Notes under the pieces: generated by a model
Databases searched by the model: none
What the model was told of the DNA's origin: nothing
The model's input: the letters and a program-made list of their open reading frames with translations, nothing else
Shown here: positions 60,280 through 64,000 of the stretch, one piece after another
Layout of the letters: every line of letters starts with the position of its first letter
Position numbering within the stretch: position 1 is the stretch's first letter
Made by a program: the position numbers and the translations under genes
Source: Chthoniobacterales bacterium
GTDB lineage: Bacteria > Verrucomicrobiota > Verrucomicrobiia > Chthoniobacterales > JAATET01
Assembly: GCA_041748215.1 (NCBI GenBank)
Contig: JBGTDR010000151.1
Coordinates: forward strand, 8,620-72,619
Reading direction: 5' to 3'
Length of the DNA: 64,000 nucleotides

Positions 60280-61143
60280 ATGAAGTCTCCCTTTGGCGAA
60301 CAAAAGTTGATCCTTGGTGGGCACTCGTTCATTGCCCCGCTGGGATCCGACCCGGCAGCCTCACCGGAAGAGCAGCACGAAATCGTCGCCGAATGTTTGA
60401 ATCGCGGCATCACGACGTTTGACACGACCTACGCGCCCGAGAGGGTCGGCTGGGCACGCGCCATCGCCGCGTTGCCCAACTCCTCGAACGCCACACCAAT
60501 CCTCTGGAATTTTTTTGGTCATCCGGCTCACAGGGATCCATTGCCCGGTCCCACCGCCTGGGATGAAGCGGGGTGGGACAAAGCGCGGGAAGAATTGGAC
60601 GCATGGGAGGGCCGTATTGCCCTCGTGATGCATCCGGTCGACGCGGAAAATGCCGCCCAACTCGCGACCGTTCAGCGTTGGAAAGCGGAGGGCCGCATCG
60701 CGGCTCTCGGCGTCTGGACAAGCCTGCAGGGCAATCCGGATCACCGGGATCGCATCCTGAGTGGCTGGCAATGGGTGCAGGACCACGGCGACGCGTGGGA
60801 TTTCGTGGTGACGCCAAAAAATCTCGCGTGCGGTGCGATCAACGATCCCATTTTTGACTACGCCCGGGAGGTTGGCTGGACAACGCTGGCCACTTCGCCC
60901 TTCGAACGCGGTTGGGAACTCGACCGGCGAGTGGACCTCGCCGTCCGTCGCGGCGGCACTGATCCTGCCGCGACACGCGCCCATGTGGCTGGCGCGATGC
61001 TGCGACATGTGGCGTTCAGTCCCGGGGTTGACCACGTTATCGTTGCCATGCGGGCGCCGGCCTACGTCGCCGCAAATCTTGCCGCAGTTGCCGCCGGTCC
61101 ACTCGCTCCGGATGAAGCCGACCGGCTGCATGGCCTCGTGTAG
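60280..61143 (+). CDS. Aldo/keto-reductase-like oxidoreductase (weak call)
   Basis: ECLNRGITTFDTTYAPE resembles the AKR N-terminal G-x-x-x-DTA-x-x-Y region. The start is uncertain (60262 or ATG 60280). Confidence 0.45.
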   Translation: MKSPFGEQKLILGGHSFIAPLGSDPAASPEEQHEIVAECLNRGITTFDTTYAPERVGWARAIAALPNSSNATPILWNFFGHPAHRDPLPGPTAWDEAGWDKAREELDAWEGRIALVMHPVDAENAAQLATVQRWKAEGRIAALGVWTSLQGNPDHRDRILSGWQWVQDHGDAWDFVVTPKNLACGAINDPIFDYAREVGWTTLATSPFERGWELDRRVDLAVRRGGTDPAATRAHVAGAMLRHVAFSPGVDHVIVAMRAPAYVAANLAAVAAGPLAPDEADRLHGLV

Positions 61144-61188
61144 CAAATGCGGGTTGCGAATCGAAGCCGCCCGACTGACCCTCCCGCC

Positions 61189-61746
61189 ATGAAAACATTT
61201 TTGCTCGACGGACTTTGGGGAAATTCCGTCCGCCTCGGGCTAATGAAACAACGCCTCGAGACCTCGGGCGTCGGTGACGTCGAGATCGTTCGTTACGACT
61301 CAAGCGGCCAATCAAGTCTCGAACGGGAAGGTTCCCTACTCGCCGAACGACTCGCGCGAATCGGCGAAGCGGTCAACCTCGTCGGTTACAGCATGGGCGG
61401 CCTCGTGATTCGCGCCGCACGGCTCGCCGATCCGATGCTCCGCATTCACCGGGCCGCATTCCTGAATACACCGCATCAGGGTTCGATCATCGCCCGGTTG
61501 TTGCCGGGTGCGGGATTCTGCCAGATGCGGCCCGGCAGCGCGTTTCTCGCGCGACTGGAATCTCTCGAATGGACTGTACCGACCTACGTGGCGTGGACGC
61601 CCGGCGATCTCGTGGTTGTCCCTGCAACGAGCGCTCGCTGGCTTCGCGCCTCGGTCGTCTCCCGCTGCGGTGTGCCTGCTCATCTCTGGCCGATCTTCTG
61701 TCCAAAAATTCACCGCGAGCTGGCCGACTTTCTTCGCGCGTCGTGA
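61189..61746 (+). CDS. Alpha/beta-hydrolase (lipase/esterase-like)
   Basis: ATG at 61189. Nucleophile elbow VGYSMGG (GxSxG) and a small ~185 aa fold. Confidence 0.6.
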   Translation: MKTFLLDGLWGNSVRLGLMKQRLETSGVGDVEIVRYDSSGQSSLEREGSLLAERLARIGEAVNLVGYSMGGLVIRAARLADPMLRIHRAAFLNTPHQGSIIARLLPGAGFCQMRPGSAFLARLESLEWTVPTYVAWTPGDLVVVPATSARWLRASVVSRCGVPAHLWPIFCPKIHRELADFLRAS

Positions 61747-62720
61747 TCGCGGTCGCCGCCCGCCTCCACGGATTCGGTGATCCCGCCGATGTCCTGCGCG
61801 TGGACGAAATCGAATTACCCGCCCCGGGCCCCGGCGAACTCCAGCTCGCCATGCTCGCCGCACCGATCAACCCCGCCGATCTCAACATCATCGCCGGGGC
61901 CTACGGCAAACTGCCCGCCCCACCCGCCGTGATCGGGAACGAAGGTGCCGGCCGTGTGACCGCCTGCGGCCCCGGTGTCGATGGAGCTGCCGTTGGTGAT
62001 CTCGTCGCGACCACCACACCTGGTTGCTGGTGCTCCCACCGCAACATCCCGGCGGCCTCCGTCGTGCGTGTGCCGCCAGCTACGGATCCGCTCCAGGCCG
62101 CAATGCTCTGCGTCAATCCCGCCACCGCTCACGCGATGCTTCACGATTTCGTCCGACTCGAGCCGGGTGACTGGATCGCTCAAAATGCTGCGAATTCCGG
62201 CGTCGGCCGATGCGTCATCGCGCTCGCCCGACGCCTCGGGCTGCGCACGTTTAATGTGGTCCGCCGCCCGGAACTCGTGGCCGAGTTGATGGCCCTCGGA
62301 GCCGATTACATCGTGACCGAAGACCACGACTCCGCCGCAGTACATCCGTTTGCCGATCACCCTCCCCGTCTCGCCCTCAATGCCGTTGGCGGAACGTCCG
62401 CACTCAAGCTCGCCGAGTTGCTCGCGCCCGGCGGCATTCACGTGACCTACGGCGCGATGGCCCGCCAGCCCGTCAAAATTCCCAACGGCATGCTGATCTA
62501 CAAAAACCTCAGCTTCCGGGGTTTCTGGCTGCGGCACTGGATCGAAGAAACGCCGGTAACCGAACGGTCACGTACGCTTTCGTTCCTCGCCGAACTCATG
62601 ACTGCTGGAACCCTAGAGGTCCCCATCGCCGCCACATTTCCGCTCGGAGAAATCCACACCGCCCTCGCCGCCGCCGCAACCAGCTCGCGCCCCGGAAAAA
62701 TCCTCCTCACCTTCCCGTAA
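61743..62720 (+). CDS. Zinc-independent MDR-family enoyl reductase / quinone oxidoreductase-like protein
   Basis: GTG 61743 overlaps the upstream TGA (GTGA). VIGNEGAGRV, NAANSGVGRCVIALA (cofactor loop) and a ~325 aa length. Confidence 0.7.
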   Translation: MIAVAARLHGFGDPADVLRVDEIELPAPGPGELQLAMLAAPINPADLNIIAGAYGKLPAPPAVIGNEGAGRVTACGPGVDGAAVGDLVATTTPGCWCSHRNIPAASVVRVPPATDPLQAAMLCVNPATAHAMLHDFVRLEPGDWIAQNAANSGVGRCVIALARRLGLRTFNVVRRPELVAELMALGADYIVTEDHDSAAVHPFADHPPRLALNAVGGTSALKLAELLAPGGIHVTYGAMARQPVKIPNGMLIYKNLSFRGFWLRHWIEETPVTERSRTLSFLAELMTAGTLEVPIAATFPLGEIHTALAAAATSSRPGKILLTFP

Positions 62721-62825
62721 TCACCCCGCAGACAAACCCAACCAATGTCCCCGATGATACCAATCTTGAGTAATAATCAGGCTGAAGTTCGTCCGCAGAT
62801 GCTCCCAGATTGCTTCGATTTTTTT

Positions 62826-62837
62826 CTGATTTCCTGA
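62826..62837. repeat. Left copy of flanking direct repeat (core ctgatttcctga)
   Basis: tttttctgatttcctgagttcccca at 62821-62845. The same 12-nt core recurs at 62973-62984, 147 nt away. Confidence 0.6.
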
Positions 62838-62887
62838 GTTCCCCATTGGCCCGGAAATCTCCGATCTGACCTGGGGGAAGATTGACC

Positions 62888-62946
62888 GTTGAGCCTTGAG
62901 CCTTGAGCCTTGAGCGTTGAACGTTGGGCGTTGGAAGTTGAGCGTT
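62888..62946. repeat. Tandem degenerate heptamer array (8.4 units, STTGRRC)
   Basis: gttgagc cttgagc cttgagc cttgagc gttgaac gttgggc gttggaa gttgagc gtt, read directly from the sequence. It is intergenic, upstream of hisS. Confidence 0.85.
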
Positions 62947-62972
62947 AAAATGCCCCGCCTCCCCGCATTTTC

Positions 62973-62984
62973 CTGATTTCCTGA
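62973..62984. repeat. Right copy of flanking direct repeat (core ctgatttcctga)
   Basis: attttcctgatttcctgattccca at 62967-62990. Confidence 0.6.
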
Positions 62985-63020
62985 TTCCCACGCCCGGCAA
63001 ACTCCCATTCCCTATTCCGG

Positions 63021-64000
63021 ATGCGCTCTTTGCCCGGATTCCGGGATTTTTTCCCTGACGAATTTGCCCGCCGCGATTACCTGCTCGCCGCCTTCCGCGA
63101 CGCGGCCCGGCGGCACGGATTTGTGGAGATGGATGGACCGCTGCTCGAGAGTCGCGACCTCTACGCCAAAAAAAACGAAAGCGGCGCGGAAATCCTCGGC
63201 CAGCTCTACGACTTCACCGATAAAGGCGACCGCGAGGTTGCGCTGCGTCCGGAAATGACACCGACGCTCGCGCGCATGGTGATCGAGCGCGAACGCCAGT
63301 TTCGCAAGCCCCTCAAGTGGTTCAGCATCGCGTCGTTTTTTCGCTACGAGCGCCCGCAGAAAGGTCGCCTGCGCGAATTCATTCAATTTAACGCCGATCT
63401 CATCGGCGACGGCTCGCCCGCCGCTGACGCGGAAATACTGAGCCTCGCCATCGCGATTCCCCGCGCTCTTGGGTTCACGCGCGACGATTTTGTCGTCCGC
63501 CTGAGCGACCGGCGGGCATGGCTTGGTTTCCTCGCAGAGCGTGGATGTTCGGACGAAAGTGCCCGCGCGGTGCTCCAAATCGTGGATAAACTCGAGCGCG
63601 AACCGGCGGATTCGCTCGACGCCAAACTTGCGCCGCACGGTCTCACCGTCGCCGATTTACGCGGATTCATCACCGCCGGCAGTCCGGAACATTTTGCCCC
63701 GCTGTTCGAAGAACTCGACTCCCGCGGCCTCGCAGAATTTGCCACCGTCGATCTTTCGATCGTCCGCGGCCTCGCGTATTACACCGGACTCGTCTTCGAA
63801 CTTTTTGACTGCGGGAAAAACCTGCGCGCGCTCGCTGGCGGTGGCCGCTACGACTCGTTGCTCGCTGACCTCAGCGATCAGGCCGTGAACCTGCCCGCCA
63901 TCGGTTTTGGCATGGGCGATGTCGTCCTCGGCGATCTCGTCGAAGAAACTCCGCACGCCCGCGAACTCCGGGACGCCGCCCTCACCGCCGCTCCCGCCGT
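63021..64000 (+). CDS. hisS: Histidine--tRNA ligase (3' end outside window)
   Basis: ATG at 63021 (MRSLPGFRDFFPDEF...). ALRPEMTPTLARM, FRYERPQKGRLREF, RGLAYYTG and GGGRYD class-II HisRS motifs. The frame is open to the window end, so it is absent from the ORF track. Confidence 0.9.
   Translation, partial: MRSLPGFRDFFPDEFARRDYLLAAFRDAARRHGFVEMDGPLLESRDLYAKKNESGAEILGQLYDFTDKGDREVALRPEMTPTLARMVIERERQFRKPLKWFSIASFFRYERPQKGRLREFIQFNADLIGDGSPAADAEILSLAIAIPRALGFTRDDFVVRLSDRRAWLGFLAERGCSDESARAVLQIVDKLEREPADSLDAKLAPHGLTVADLRGFITAGSPEHFAPLFEELDSRGLAEFATVDLSIVRGLAYYTGLVFELFDCGKNLRALAGGGRYDSLLADLSDQAVNLPAIGFGMGDVVLGDLVEETPHARELRDAALTAAPA

Noticed and set aside
60236-62720. Genomic island integrated at tRNA-Gly
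   Set aside because: There is no integrase or recombinase, no repeat of the tRNA 3' end, and the downstream genes are ordinary GC-rich metabolic genes.
62888-62946. Possible CRISPR array
   Set aside because: The units are 7 nt, contiguous and have no spacers. No cas genes are in the window, so this is a simple tandem repeat.
62707-63008. Two ~95-aa minus-strand ORFs in the reductase/hisS spacer
   Set aside because: They simply translate the heptamer array and the ctgatttcctga repeats (…NFQRPTFNAQGSRLKAQ…, …SGNQE…). I treated them as a repeat element, not genes.
63012-63638. 208-aa minus-strand ORF
   Set aside because: It is antisense to hisS, whose plus-strand frame (63021 onward) has class II HisRS motifs but is missing from the ORF track because it runs off the window.

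Overview
This is a high-GC bacterial chromosome segment with about 60 genes. The many prepilin-type 'A/G|FSLIELL' N-termini and the HAF-type and NxxGxxAF-type repeat exoproteins suggest a Verrucomicrobiota/Opitutae-like organism, but that is inference only and was not checked. Positions 1-37 kb are mostly housekeeping genes. They include an M20 peptidase, a rhodanese-YceI fusion, a split MFS/spermidine-synthase-like pair, a UDPGP-type UGPase, a visibly AT-richer two-gene exoprotein islet, and a co-oriented dnaK-groES-groEL block. They also include SDR+uxaC+CPBP protease, a TPR-ExbB-ExbD-ExbD block, a PpiD-like chaperone, metG, an LpxL-like acyltransferase, mgtE, an L,D-transpeptidase, yggS, a LysR regulator, MTAP and a polysaccharide deacetylase. 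The remainder is an epimerase, rpsU, secDF, a HAF-repeat protein wedged between secDF and yajC, a ClC channel, Usp and leuA. Positions 37.3-54.1 kb are the stand-out region: a compact 16-gene type IV filament (T4P/T2SS-like) locus. It has 15 co-directional, translationally coupled minus-strand genes. These are a GspE/PilB-like ATPase with a long N-terminal region, a GspF/PilC platform protein, seven prepilin-like genes including one of about 840 aa, a PilX/GspK-like protein, four cryptic PilMNOP-like genes and a PilT-like ATPase. A divergent secretin gene completes the locus. No prepilin peptidase is present, and most of the predicted pilins have Ala rather than Gly at the -1 position. Positions 54-64 kb hold ppdK, a PUR-like protein, RNase R, an orphan GspG-like pseudopilin, tRNA-Gly(CCC), an aldo/keto-reductase-like gene, a hydrolase, an enoyl-reductase-like gene, a degenerate heptamer repeat array and hisS (3' partial). 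I saw no rRNA, CRISPR, transposase or integrase. Many long ORFs in the track are antisense or alternate-frame artefacts of high GC, and many ORF-track starts are over-extended. All calls rest on motifs I read in the translations. No database search was run.
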